The position numbers and the translations under genes were made by a program. The notes beneath the pieces are model-generated. The model did no database searches. It had not been told where the DNA came from and saw only the letters and a program-made list of their open reading frames with translations. Of a stretch of DNA of 64,000 nucleotides, positions 39,172 through 49,382 are shown piece by piece (position 1 is the stretch's first letter; every line of letters starts with the position of its first letter). This DNA is from Brumimicrobium sp. (GTDB lineage Bacteria; Bacteroidota; Bacteroidia; Flavobacteriales_D; Crocinitomicaceae): positions 30,724 through 94,723 of the forward strand of contig JAWVYS010000005.1 of assembly GCA_033722555.1 (NCBI GenBank), written 5' to 3'.

Positions 39172-41859
39172 ATGACCCAAAATAAAACATACCCCCCTTT
39201 AAAACTTTCAGGTCTTGAGCCTTTGATCGTTACACCTGAATCCAATTTTGTCAACGTCGGTGAGCGAACGAACGTAACAGGTTCTGCAAAATTCCTGCGT
39301 CTCATAAAGGAAGACAATTACGAAGAGGCATTGGAAGTGGCGCTTGAGCAGGTACAGGGTGGCGCACAGATTATAGACGTCAATATGGACGAGGGAATGA
39401 TCGACGGTAAAGAAGCCATGGTAAAATTCCTCAATCTCATTGCCTCCGAACCTGATATCGCACGTGTTCCGGTCATGATTGATTCTTCGAAATGGGAGAT
39501 TATTGAAGCCGGACTGAAATGCATTCAGGGAAAGGGAGTGGTGAATTCCATTTCGCTCAAAGAAGGAGAAGAACAGTTCATTGCTCAGGCCAAAAAAATA
39601 AAGCGTTATGGGGCAGCCGTAATTGTAATGGCTTTCGACGAGCAAGGACAAGCCGATAGTTATGAGCGCAGAATTGAGATCTGTAAACGTTCTTATGATA
39701 TTCTCGTGAATAAAGTGAAATTCCCTCCGCAAGATATCATTTTTGATCCCAATATTTTTCCGGTTGCCACAGGTATGGAGGAACACAGGAACAATGCTGT
39801 AGATTTTTTCAGAGCTACACGTTGGATTCGTGAAAATCTTCCGGGCGCACATGTTTCCGGGGGTGTTTCCAATGTTTCCTTTTCTTTTCGAGGAAATAAT
39901 CCGGTAAGGGAAGCCATGCATTCGGCTTTTCTTTATCATGCTATTCAGGAAGGAATGGACATGGGAATTGTAAACCCTTCCATGCTGGAGGTATATGACG
40001 ACATAGACAAAGAACTGCTGGAATTTGTGGAAGATGTTCTTCTGAATCGCCGGGATGATGCTACGGAGCGATTACTGGAATATGCAGAGAATTTCAAGGG
40101 AGAGGGTAAAAAACGTGAAATTGATCTGTCTTGGAGAGAGCAGCCGGTGAATGAGAGACTGGCGCATGCGCTGGTGAAAGGAATTGTTGAATTCATCGAA
40201 GAAGATACCGAAGAATGCCGTTTGCAATACGAGCGACCTATTGAAGTAATAGAAGGGCCTTTGATGGATGGAATGAACATCGTTGGAGACTTGTTCGGAA
40301 GCGGTAAAATGTTCCTTCCGCAGGTGGTGAAATCAGCCAGGGTGATGAAGAAAGCCGTAGCCTATCTTTTGCCCTATATCGAAGCAGATAAGCGGGAAGG
40401 AGATAAGCCTAACGGCAAGATTCTGATGGCTACTGTTAAGGGAGATGTCCACGATATAGGGAAGAACATTGTTGGTGTAGTCCTGGGATGTAACAACTAT
40501 CATGTGATCGACATGGGCGTAATGGTTCCTGCAGAAAAAATCATTGCTAAAGCCATGGAAGAAGGTGTAGATGTGATCGGATTGAGCGGACTCATAACAC
40601 CCTCGCTGGATGAAATGGTGAACATGGCAAAGGAAATGCAACGAGCGAATCTAAACATACCCTTACTCATTGGCGGAGCGACTACCTCTCGCGTACATAC
40701 TGCGGTAAAGATCGAAGAGCACTATAAAAATAATCAGACCGTTCACGTGCTGGATGCTTCTCGTTCGGTAACGGTTGTTGAGAGTCTGCTCGGCGGTAAA
40801 AGGGATGAATTTGTAAAAAGCATCAGGGAGGATTATGAGAAATTGAGAGAGCATCATTCCCGTAGTAGGGGAAACAAAACTTATCTGAGTTTGTCTGAAG
40901 CACGTCGCAATAAATTCAGCATCGACTGGAGCGAAAAGGATATTTATACTCCCCGACATGTGGGCCGGAGAACTTTTGTTAACTACGATCTCAATGAATT
41001 GGTGGATTATATAGACTGGACACCTTTTTTCCAGACATGGGAATTGGCCGGCCGCTATCCCGATATTCTGCAAGATGAGGTGGTAGGCGAATCTGCGACC
41101 AAACTTTATGAAGACGCCAGAAACATGCTGGACAAGATTGTTTCCGAAAAATGGCTGGAGGCCAGGGCTGTAATAGGCTTGTTTCCTGCCAACACGGTAA
41201 ACTACGACGATATCGAGATCTACACGGACGAGACGCGTTCACAGGTTCTGTCCGTACAGCACACGATGCGTCAACAACTCAAGAAATCTGATAAGGCGGA
41301 TAATCTTGCGCTTTCAGATTTTATTGCTCCGAAAGAATCAGGACTAAAAGATTATGTCGGAGGATTTGTTGTAACAACCGGTCTGGGTATAGAAAAACAC
41401 ATTGCACGTTTCGAGGCAGACCATGATGATTACAATTCGATCATGTTAAAAGCACTGGCAGACAGGCTTGCCGAGGCATTTGCCGAACGCATGCACGAGC
41501 GTGTAAGAAAAGAATTCTGGGGATATGCTTCGGATGAGAAGTTTGATAACGATTCACTTATCAAAGAAAAATACCAGGGAATTCGTCCCGCACCGGGCTA
41601 TCCTGCTTGTCCTGACCATACGGAAAAACCTGATTTGTTCAAGATTTTGAATGCTTCTGAGATAACAGGTGTACAATTGACAGAGAGCATGGCGATGACA
41701 CCTGCGGCAAGCGTGAGCGGCTGGTACTTTGCTCATCCTGCGTCGAAATACTTTGGGGTTGGGAAGATTGCCAAGGATCAGGTAGAAAGTCTTGCTGAAC
41801 GAAAAGGGTTCTCCTTTGAGGAAATGGAAAAATGGTTAGGGCCTAATTTGGGGTATTGA
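39172..41859 (+). CDS. metH: Methionine synthase, pterin/cobalamin-binding and reactivation modules
   Basis: [39 protein letters not shown]. Confidence 0.96.
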   Translation: MTQNKTYPPLKLSGLEPLIVTPESNFVNVGERTNVTGSAKFLRLIKEDNYEEALEVALEQVQGGAQIIDVNMDEGMIDGKEAMVKFLNLIASEPDIARVPVMIDSSKWEIIEAGLKCIQGKGVVNSISLKEGEEQFIAQAKKIKRYGAAVIVMAFDEQGQADSYERRIEICKRSYDILVNKVKFPPQDIIFDPNIFPVATGMEEHRNNAVDFFRATRWIRENLPGAHVSGGVSNVSFSFRGNNPVREAMHSAFLYHAIQEGMDMGIVNPSMLEVYDDIDKELLEFVEDVLLNRRDDATERLLEYAENFKGEGKKREIDLSWREQPVNERLAHALVKGIVEFIEEDTEECRLQYERPIEVIEGPLMDGMNIVGDLFGSGKMFLPQVVKSARVMKKAVAYLLPYIEADKREGDKPNGKILMATVKGDVHDIGKNIVGVVLGCNNYHVIDMGVMVPAEKIIAKAMEEGVDVIGLSGLITPSLDEMVNMAKEMQRANLNIPLLIGGATTSRVHTAVKIEEHYKNNQTVHVLDASRSVTVVESLLGGKRDEFVKSIREDYEKLREHHSRSRGNKTYLSLSEARRNKFSIDWSEKDIYTPRHVGRRTFVNYDLNELVDYIDWTPFFQTWELAGRYPDILQDEVVGESATKLYEDARNMLDKIVSEKWLEARAVIGLFPANTVNYDDIEIYTDETRSQVLSVQHTMRQQLKKSDKADNLALSDFIAPKESGLKDYVGGFVVTTGLGIEKHIARFEADHDDYNSIMLKALADRLAEAFAERMHERVRKEFWGYASDEKFDNDSLIKEKYQGIRPAPGYPACPDHTEKPDLFKILNASEITGVQLTESMAMTPAASVSGWYFAHPASKYFGVGKIAKDQVESLAERKGFSFEEMEKWLGPNLGY

Positions 41860-41974
41860 TTTTGTAATAGTGACGATTGTTTTTAGTGACGTCACCTCGC
41901 AAGACTCGGTTTAGTGACTAATGAAGGTATGAATTGGAGAGCGTGAAATACTGAGTTTATGAGGGTACGCATTT

Positions 41975-42208
41975 TTGGTCGGAAGAGGGTATGAAATTTA
42001 TGCCTTCAAAAACAAATGTCCGCATAAGGGAGCGAAAGTGAACGGATGTTTTCTGGAAGGAAGTAAAGTGGTTTGTCCACTGCATAAATATAAATTCGAT
42101 GTCGAAAACGGTCGGGGGCATGGTTTGTATTTGGAAAATTATGATTTAAAGGAGAACGAAGACGGTTATTATTTGTTTCGTACTTATTTTAGCTGGTTGG
42201 GAGAATAA
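41975..42208 (+). CDS. Rieske [2Fe-2S] ferredoxin, probably 5'-truncated or disrupted
   Basis: CPHKG and CPLHKYKF ligands intact; upstream in-frame TGA stops and no good ATG. Confidence 0.65.
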   Translation: MVGRGYEIYAFKNKCPHKGAKVNGCFLEGSKVVCPLHKYKFDVENGRGHGLYLENYDLKENEDGYYLFRTYFSWLGE

Positions 42209-42219
42209 AAATTGAATTA

Positions 42220-42639
42220 ATGAAAGTAGATATCACCAGAACAAACGAAAACGTACTGTTTAAAATTGAAAATCCTACCGGTGAAACCGCATTTATAGAT
42301 GGATCCGAAGAGTTTGGAGGTGTTCAGGGCGGATTGCGGCCAATGGAAATGTTATTGGGTGCTTTGGCCACGTGCAGTGCGTTTGAAGTGGTGCGCATAC
42401 TCAAAAAGCAGAAACAGAATATTGAAGATTTCAAAATCGAAGTGAACGGAATTCGCACACCCAAAGGAACTTCCAGTCCTTATTCATCGATTGATATTCT
42501 TTTTAAGATTAAAGGCGATGTTGCACTTAATAAAGCCGAACGTGCTGTTACTATTTCAACGGAAAAATATTGTTCGGTACGATCTTCTTTGGATCCCGAA
42601 ATTAAAGTAACGCATCGCGTTCAAATCAATGATTTATGA
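42220..42639 (+). CDS. OsmC family protein
   Basis: RPMEMLLGALATCS, KYCSV. Confidence 0.9.
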   Translation: MKVDITRTNENVLFKIENPTGETAFIDGSEEFGGVQGGLRPMEMLLGALATCSAFEVVRILKKQKQNIEDFKIEVNGIRTPKGTSSPYSSIDILFKIKGDVALNKAERAVTISTEKYCSVRSSLDPEIKVTHRVQINDL

Positions 42640-43388
42640 AAAAAACAGTATTTATCACAGGAGCCACTAGTGGTATAGGTAGAGCAACAGCCATGCGTCT
42701 CGGGAAAGAGGGTTGCCGACTGATCATTTGCGGAAGGAGGGAAGAGCGCCTGGTTGAACTTCAGGAAGAGCTTGTTGAATATACAGATGTTTACAGACTT
42801 TCATTTGACGTGAGAAATAAGAAGGCAGTTGATGAGGCAATCAGTGGTTTACCGGAGGATTTTTCCCGAATTGATATTCTTATAAATAATGCGGGCAATG
42901 CACATGGCCTGGATCCGATTCATGAAGGAAACTCCGAGGACTGGGATGCCATGATGGATATCAATGTGAAAGGATTGTTGTATGTATCCAAAGCAATTAT
43001 TCCGCAGATGGTGCAAAGAAAGGCGGGCCACATTATTAATATTGGTTCAACAGCCGGAAAGGAGGTATATCCGAAAGGAAACGTTTATTGTGCGAGTAAG
43101 CATGCTGTTGATGCCATAAACAAGGGCATGCGTATGGATTTAAATGAATACGGTATTCGTGTGGGGGGCATTCACCCCGGATTGGTGGAAACCGAATTCA
43201 GCAAGGTGCGATTCAAAGGGGACGAAGACCGTGCAGAAAAGGTCTATCAGGGCTTTCAGGCTTTACAACCTGAGGATATCGCTGACATCATTCATTTTGT
43301 AATTTCGAGACCCTATCATGTCAATATTGCTGATCTCGTTGTTTTTCCTACCGCTCAGGCAAGCAGTACTATAATTAACAAACAGTAA
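42636..43388 (+). CDS. SDR oxidoreductase (YdfG-like)
   Basis: TGATSGIG, NNAG, YCASK, PYHVNI. Confidence 0.92.
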   Translation: MKKTVFITGATSGIGRATAMRLGKEGCRLIICGRREERLVELQEELVEYTDVYRLSFDVRNKKAVDEAISGLPEDFSRIDILINNAGNAHGLDPIHEGNSEDWDAMMDINVKGLLYVSKAIIPQMVQRKAGHIINIGSTAGKEVYPKGNVYCASKHAVDAINKGMRMDLNEYGIRVGGIHPGLVETEFSKVRFKGDEDRAEKVYQGFQALQPEDIADIIHFVISRPYHVNIADLVVFPTAQASSTIINKQ

Positions 43389-43397
43389 GTTCACTGA

Positions 43398-44827
43398 TCA
43401 GGATATTTTTTGCAGGCAACGTTCTATCATTTTCAGGGCCTTATCAATGGTTGATTTATGTGTTCTGAAAGATAATACTGCCACCCGGATAACGAAGTTA
43501 GATTCAATCATGGTTGAGCTTAGGAACACATCACCATCCTTATGAATCTCTTGCATCAGCTTTTGATTGAATACGTTCTGATCTTTTTCCCGCGGATACC
43601 AGAAATAGCTCACGGATAAGTCCGGTTCAGGGCCTGTTCGGAAACCGAGTTCCTCAATTTTTTGACGGAAATAATGCGTGAGAAGAATCTTTTCTTCGAG
43701 TGCTGCTTTAAAAGGCTCAATTCCATGAATTTTCATCGGTAACCACATTCTTAGTGCACGGAAATGCTTGGTTAATTCGGGAGAAACATCTGCCGGATTC
43801 ACCGGTAAACCCTCTGTCGTTGCATCCTGCATGTAATTGGCCAGGTAATGATGTGATTGAAGGACAGATTGTTTGTTTTTGACGAGAACAGCACCTAAAC
43901 CGTAAGGCAGAAAAAGGCCTTTATGGGGGTCTATCACCAGGGAATCTGCTTTTTCTATTCCTTCAAAGAGATTTTTTTTATTTTTCAGTAATTTAAAAAA
44001 ACCGCCGTATGCTGCATCGATATGGTACCAGAGTGCGTATTTCTCTGCGATCCCGGCAATTTGATTAAGGGGATCTACTGCCCCGGTGTCCGTTGTACCG
44101 GCAGAGGCAATTACCAGAAAAGGTTTCAAACCTTTATCTATATCCGTAAGAATATAATTTTCGAGTTTTTCGGCAAGAATCCTTCCTCCTTCATCCAGTT
44201 CAACCTCTCTGATTTTTACATCCGCCAAACCGATAATCCGTAAGGCTTTATGTATGCAGTGATGAGTTTGTTTACTCAGATAAACCACGCTGTCTGAAAC
44301 CGGGGATTTAAGAACATCATGAAAATCTCTTGCCGCCGTCAGAGCGATCAAGTTTGCGATTGAACCTCCCGAGGTCAGATTTCCAATAGAATCTGAAGGG
44401 AATTCAAATAATTCTTTCAACCAGTTGAGACAGGCGTGCTCCATTTCCACCGCTCCCGGCGATGCGAAATACATTCCGCTGTATGCATTACTTACCGCTG
44501 CCAGATAGTCTCCAATTGCTGCAGTATAGATGCCTCCACCGGGGATATAACCCAAATGACCACCTGATGCCGCATTGATGCCTTTGGCCATAAGTTCATC
44601 GGTGAGAATCTTTTTAATTTCTTTGAGTTGCCTTTTTTCTCCCGTAATCCTGAAAAAATCGTGGGAGGTTTTTTTGATGAATAAGACGGTGTTTCATCCA
44701 GTTTCTGTAAAAAATCATCTGCGGTCTGATTGAGATCCCTGAAAAGGGCGTCGCGATCCTTTTGGTCGAGATCGAGCAGTCGGGAGATGCTTTCCAGTTC
44801 TTTCAGCCTTTTTTCCGGTTGAGCCAT
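43398..44827 (-). pseudogene. Group II PLP-dependent decarboxylase interrupted by a one-base frameshift near 44653-44675
   Basis: N-terminal ORF 44827-44492 and C-terminal ORF overlap in different frames. PLP motifs GTTDTGAVDP, HIDAAYGG and IDPHKGL are intact. Adding one base gives 476 aa. Confidence 0.8.
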
Positions 44828-44923
44828 TACGGATTATTTTTTATCAGTAAATGTAATCAAATAGCCGCAAACCTGCGTAAGACTGAAACCTCCGGAATGG
44901 TAAGAAATAAGTACGGAATATAC

Positions 44924-45385
44924 TTATGAAAGCAGCTTTTGTCGCAGCATGAATTCCAATTGTTCATTTGCCTGTGACAACTTTTCGTTGATCTCGTGGG
45001 TTTCTACCTGCAATTTATATACTTCGTAAGCCTTAATTATGATCTCCTTCAATTTTTCATTGTCCCAAGGCTTTGAAATATACTTGAAGATGTGACCTTT
45101 ATTAACAGCTTCAACGAGTGCATCCATATCGGTGTAACCGGTTACGAGAATACGAATAGCGTGGGGATATTCTTCAAGAATGGAGGATAAAAACTCAACA
45201 CCGGTCTTCTCCGGCATTCTTTGATCGGTGAGGATCACGTGGATCTGGTTATTCTTTAAGATATCAAGGCCGTCATGAGCACTTTCGGCCAGGAAAATAT
45301 TAAAATTTCGTCGGAAAGCAGCTTTAAACGAGGTTAGGTTGCTTCTTTCATCGTCGATGTAGAGGACATTGATGTGTTTATGCAT
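44924..45385 (-). CDS. Single-domain response regulator with coiled-coil tail
   Basis: VLYIDDE, TDQRMP (phospho-Asp), KPWD; no output domain. Confidence 0.93.
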   Translation of the reverse strand: MHKHINVLYIDDERSNLTSFKAAFRRNFNIFLAESAHDGLDILKNNQIHVILTDQRMPEKTGVEFLSSILEEYPHAIRILVTGYTDMDALVEAVNKGHIFKYISKPWDNEKLKEIIIKAYEVYKLQVETHEINEKLSQANEQLEFMLRQKLLS

Positions 45386-45474
45386 GATATAATAAGTTTA
45401 ACATTAATTTCGCGCAGTAATCAAAATTAATGCGCTAAAATTACTACATTACGAACTAATTTACAAAATTATAA

Positions 45475-46557
45475 ATGAGATCAATAGACTGGGAGCCTAT
45501 AATCTTCAAATCCTCTGAAAGTAGTGATTTTACAAAACTTCAAGACTTTATTAAGCAAAATTCCGGGATACGGATATTGGATCAGCTGGAATCACAAATC
45601 AAAGAACTCGTTAAATTAAGAAATCCATCTGTTTCGACAGAGAGCGATGAATTTGAAGAGATTTTAGGAATTTTTTTGTCAGAAATAGATGTAGATAGGT
45701 TTGGGAACTGGGTGTATTACCCCTGGAACAACAACCTGGTTAGAATACTGCCGGAAGCTGAATTCATTGAGGTTAGAACAGTGCGGAACAGGTATAAAAT
45801 CACTGAGCAAGAACAAAACATCCTAAGAACCAAGAAAGTCGGGGTGGTTGGACTTTCCGTAGGACAATCGGTTTCCCTTGCCTTGGCAATGGAGAGGATA
45901 GCAGGTGAAATTGTTATTGCAGATTTTGATCATCTGGAACTGGGAAATATGAATAGGATAAGAACGGGTTTACATAACTTAGGATTGCCGAAAACGACGA
46001 TTGTTGCTCGTGAAATTGCTGAGATCGATCCATACATTCGTGTAAAATGCTTTTCGGCGGGTTTGACCCGGGAAAATATGGACTCGTTTTTTGGTAGTGG
46101 TGAAAAACATCTGGACATTCTGGTTGATGAATGTGATTCAGTAGATATTAAAATCTTAGCGCGCGAGAAAGCCAAAGAGTGCGGAATCCCCGTACTCATG
46201 GATACGAGTGACCGTGGAATGCTGGATATTGAACGTTTTGATTTAGATCCTGACCGGCCCTTGTTTCACGGATTGGTAAGTGAAGAAGATTTGATAAAAT
46301 TAAAAGGCACTATAAATCCTGCGGAAAGGGTTGAGATCGTTGGTAAAATAATTAACATGGATACTATGTCTGAGGTTCTAAGGCAGTCCATGAAGGAGAT
46401 CGGAAAGTCAATCACTACCTGGCCCCAGTTAGGAACGGATGTGATGCTGGGAGGGGCTATAACCGGTCATATGGCGCGAAAAATATTACTCGGAAAAAGT
46501 AAGGTTTCGGGACGATTTTTTGTCGATATGGAACAGATCATCCATGAACAGTTATAA
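45475..46557 (+). CDS. ThiF-family adenylyltransferase, Rv1355c-type N-terminal half only
   Basis: WVYYPW...RN.YKIT..EQ, VGVVGLSVG, ADFDHLELGNMNR, TWPQLGTDV; stops at 360 aa. Confidence 0.88.
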   Translation: MRSIDWEPIIFKSSESSDFTKLQDFIKQNSGIRILDQLESQIKELVKLRNPSVSTESDEFEEILGIFLSEIDVDRFGNWVYYPWNNNLVRILPEAEFIEVRTVRNRYKITEQEQNILRTKKVGVVGLSVGQSVSLALAMERIAGEIVIADFDHLELGNMNRIRTGLHNLGLPKTTIVAREIAEIDPYIRVKCFSAGLTRENMDSFFGSGEKHLDILVDECDSVDIKILAREKAKECGIPVLMDTSDRGMLDIERFDLDPDRPLFHGLVSEEDLIKLKGTINPAERVEIVGKIINMDTMSEVLRQSMKEIGKSITTWPQLGTDVMLGGAITGHMARKILLGKSKVSGRFFVDMEQIIHEQL

Positions 46558-47242
46558 GGTAAGGACATACCGTGCAGTAGATTCTCCTGCGTTGAATAGG
46601 CAATATGTGGAGGGACATGCGAATGTCCTGAAAGATTATGGAGTTACAATGATCACTTCGTTGAAACCTACGTGGACCTCCAATCCGAACGTGTACTGTG
46701 TGGTGGCTTATGACAAGGATAATGTTATGGTTGGCGGGATTCGTATTCAGGTAGCTGACTGGAAAACTCCGCTCCCGATGGAGACAGCAATTGCCAAACT
46801 GGATGAAGGCATTTACGACCTCGTAAAAAAATACAAGAGCGAAGGTGTGGGTGAATTATGCGGACTATGGAATGCCAAATCGGTAGCGGGAGTTGGACTG
46901 AGTTATGTTTTGACAAGGGCCGCCGTTTCGATCGTAAATCAGCTCAATTTCAACGTGCTAATGGGAATTTGTGCAGAATACAGTCTTAAAATGTTTAAGG
47001 ATGTTGGTTTTGAAATAGATACTTCATTAAGCAATAATGGGGAATTCCCCTATCCTACGAATGAATATATTACCAGAGTAGTTGGAATTCTCCATTCATC
47101 GAGTTTAAGAAGTGCAAATCCTTTTGATCGGGAAATTATTTTATTTTTGAGGGATAATATTGAAGCAGAACGTATTGAGACCGGGAAAAAAGGAGAATTC
47201 CTGGTAGATTATGATTTAAATGTAAAGCCTGAACCTGTCTAA
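46544..47242 (+). CDS. Hypothetical protein, probable GNAT/LuxI-FeeM-like acyltransferase fold
   Basis: ATG at 46544 overlaps the ThiF stop; VGGIRI and GELCGLW resemble the beta-strand motifs of acyl-ACP-using N-acyltransferases (inference). Confidence 0.6.
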   Translation: MNSYKVRTYRAVDSPALNRQYVEGHANVLKDYGVTMITSLKPTWTSNPNVYCVVAYDKDNVMVGGIRIQVADWKTPLPMETAIAKLDEGIYDLVKKYKSEGVGELCGLWNAKSVAGVGLSYVLTRAAVSIVNQLNFNVLMGICAEYSLKMFKDVGFEIDTSLSNNGEFPYPTNEYITRVVGILHSSSLRSANPFDREIILFLRDNIEAERIETGKKGEFLVDYDLNVKPEPV

Positions 47243-47252
47243 GTTTGATCAA

Positions 47253-49382
47253 ATGAAGATTATTTACCAGCTACTGTTATTAACGATTTCTTTACTTTTC
47301 TCTGTTGAACTTACAGCTCAGAAACTTGCGATTGATTCTCTTCAGAAAAAGCGGTCTATAGGCCGGGAGGTAAGTTTTTTTGTGGATGAGAGCCAAAATC
47401 TAAGTATTGATGAGATAATTTTCGAAGATTTTAAAACTTCAACCATGGAGGTTCCCAATTTTGGGATTGCCAGGGGAAATATATGGTTATGTTTTACTTT
47501 AACTAACAACAGTAGGTTTGAGGATCTTTTTCTAGAGATAAGTCAATCTACCCTCGATGAGGTTGTGCTTTATGACTTGGAAAAAGATAGAACAGATGTT
47601 CAGGGAGATAAATACCCCTTTGATCAAAGGGATCATAATTTCACCCACTTTGTTTTTGATCTTGAGATTTCTAAAGGGGAAACAAAAACCTATTATGTAA
47701 AGGTGAATAGTTCGAATCAGGTGCAGGTACCTATGCATTTAGGCAGCTATGACATGATACAGCAGTCGAACCAAAACCTTAATTTGTTTTTATCGCTCTT
47801 TCTCGGATTAATGCTCGCGATGATCTTTTACAATGCCGTGCTTTATTTCTTCGTTCGGGATAGTAGTTACCTGTATTATGTTCTTTATATCAGTATATTA
47901 ACATTTACTCAATTAACACCTCACGGATTTGCGTTTCAGTATTTCTGGCCACATTCTCCCTGGATGAGCCAGTACTCAATGTTTATTTTCCCGATCGCCG
48001 TAGGTGTATCAGGAATTCTGTTTTTCAACGTTTTTCTTGCCACGAAGAAATACTTCCCAAGACTTATCTGGGTATTCCGATTTTTATTCTTACTCTATGC
48101 CATTGCCATAGTTTTGGTCGTAACCGGAGAATTTAAATCTGCCTATTCTCTCATAGACCTTACGGCGATGACAGTGGCACTTACCATGTTAATCGGTGCG
48201 GCTGTCATTTATCGGAGAGGAAATCGAACCGCGCTCTATTTTCTGGCTGCATGGACGATTTTTCTTGTAGGTATTGTTTTCTGGGTACTAAAGGACACCG
48301 GTGTCCTGCCGTATAACAATCTGACCAATTACATGATGCTACTTGGTGCGGGGGTGGAGACGGTCTTGCTTTCCATTGGTTTGGCAGACAGGATTAATAG
48401 CTACCGTAAGGAAAAGGAAGAGTCCAAGATGAATGAAATTCGTGCACTCAGAGAAAACGAAAGGCTGATTTCCGAACAAAACGTTCTTTTGGAGCAAAAA
48501 GTTAAGGAAAGAACCGAAGAACTCGAAGCTCTTAACATTGAACTTAAAAAAGCGCTTGAATCCGTTATAAAAACGCAAAACAAGCTGCTCGAATCGGAGA
48601 AAATGGCCTCTCTCGGTCAGCTTACCGCAGGAGTTGCCCATGAGATAAATAATCCGATCAATTTCGTTTCCTCCAATATTGAACCTCTGAAACGTGACCT
48701 TCAGGATTTGGAAGAACTGTTAGAACTTTATTCCCAATTGGATAAAGATAATTTCGAAGAAAAAATAGAAGAGATAGAGCAGTTTAAGGAAGAGATAGAC
48801 CTTAAGTATCTGAAAGATGAACTTAAGGAAATACTTAGAAATATTGAGGAGGGCGCGCGTCGAACGAGTGAAATTGTTAAGGGGTTGAAAACCTTTTCAA
48901 GAAACGATCAGAAATCAAAAATTCCTGCCCACATAAATGCCGGTATTGAGTCAACACTCACCCTCTTGAACAGCAAATTGTCAGACATCCATGTTGAATT
49001 AAACCTGAATGATATTCCTCAGATACTGTGCTATCCCGGTAAACTAAACCAGGTGATTATGAACATTATCACGAATTCGATTGATGCGGTAAAGGCCAAA
49101 TTTGGTAAGCGGAAAGAAGGCACTATTCGCATTGAGACTAGCTATAATGTTGAGAGGAAAGAGGTTCAGATTGAAATAGAAGATAACGGTACAGGCATTC
49201 CCGAAGAAATAAGAAAGAAGATTTACGACCCTTTCTACACTACGAAGGATGTAGGCAAAGGAACAGGACTGGGTTTGTCTATCGTTTATCAGATTATAGA
49301 AGCCCACGAAGGAGAAATAATACTGGAGAGTGAAGAAGGTAAGGGGACTTTATTCAGAATTATATTGCCGGTGAAAGGATGA
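47253..49382 (+). CDS. 7TM-DISM sensor histidine kinase
   Basis: Signal peptide, DISMED2-like extracellular domain (PNFG...IWL), 7 TM segments ending LSIGLADRIN, coiled coil, AGVAHEINNP, HATPase (FYTTKDVGKGTGLGL). Confidence 0.92.
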   Translation: MKIIYQLLLLTISLLFSVELTAQKLAIDSLQKKRSIGREVSFFVDESQNLSIDEIIFEDFKTSTMEVPNFGIARGNIWLCFTLTNNSRFEDLFLEISQSTLDEVVLYDLEKDRTDVQGDKYPFDQRDHNFTHFVFDLEISKGETKTYYVKVNSSNQVQVPMHLGSYDMIQQSNQNLNLFLSLFLGLMLAMIFYNAVLYFFVRDSSYLYYVLYISILTFTQLTPHGFAFQYFWPHSPWMSQYSMFIFPIAVGVSGILFFNVFLATKKYFPRLIWVFRFLFLLYAIAIVLVVTGEFKSAYSLIDLTAMTVALTMLIGAAVIYRRGNRTALYFLAAWTIFLVGIVFWVLKDTGVLPYNNLTNYMMLLGAGVETVLLSIGLADRINSYRKEKEESKMNEIRALRENERLISEQNVLLEQKVKERTEELEALNIELKKALESVIKTQNKLLESEKMASLGQLTAGVAHEINNPINFVSSNIEPLKRDLQDLEELLELYSQLDKDNFEEKIEEIEQFKEEIDLKYLKDELKEILRNIEEGARRTSEIVKGLKTFSRNDQKSKIPAHINAGIESTLTLLNSKLSDIHVELNLNDIPQILCYPGKLNQVIMNIITNSIDAVKAKFGKRKEGTIRIETSYNVERKEVQIEIEDNGTGIPEEIRKKIYDPFYTTKDVGKGTGLGLSIVYQIIEAHEGEIILESEEGKGTLFRIILPVKG

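Noticed and set aside
39208-39939. 243-aa antisense ORF, plus similar ones such as 52261-52869 and 58553-59080
   Set aside because: They overlap well-supported genes on the opposite strand and show no recognisable motifs.
38150-41859. metH split as a possible pseudogene
   Set aside because: Both parts have clean starts and stops at a domain boundary; two-gene metH is common in this lineage.
41921-41974. TGA readthrough or selenocysteine extension of the Rieske ORF (MKV*IGEREILSL*GYAF)
   Set aside because: It needs two TGA readthroughs at non-ligand positions with no SECIS-like hairpin seen; a local deletion or frameshift is simpler.
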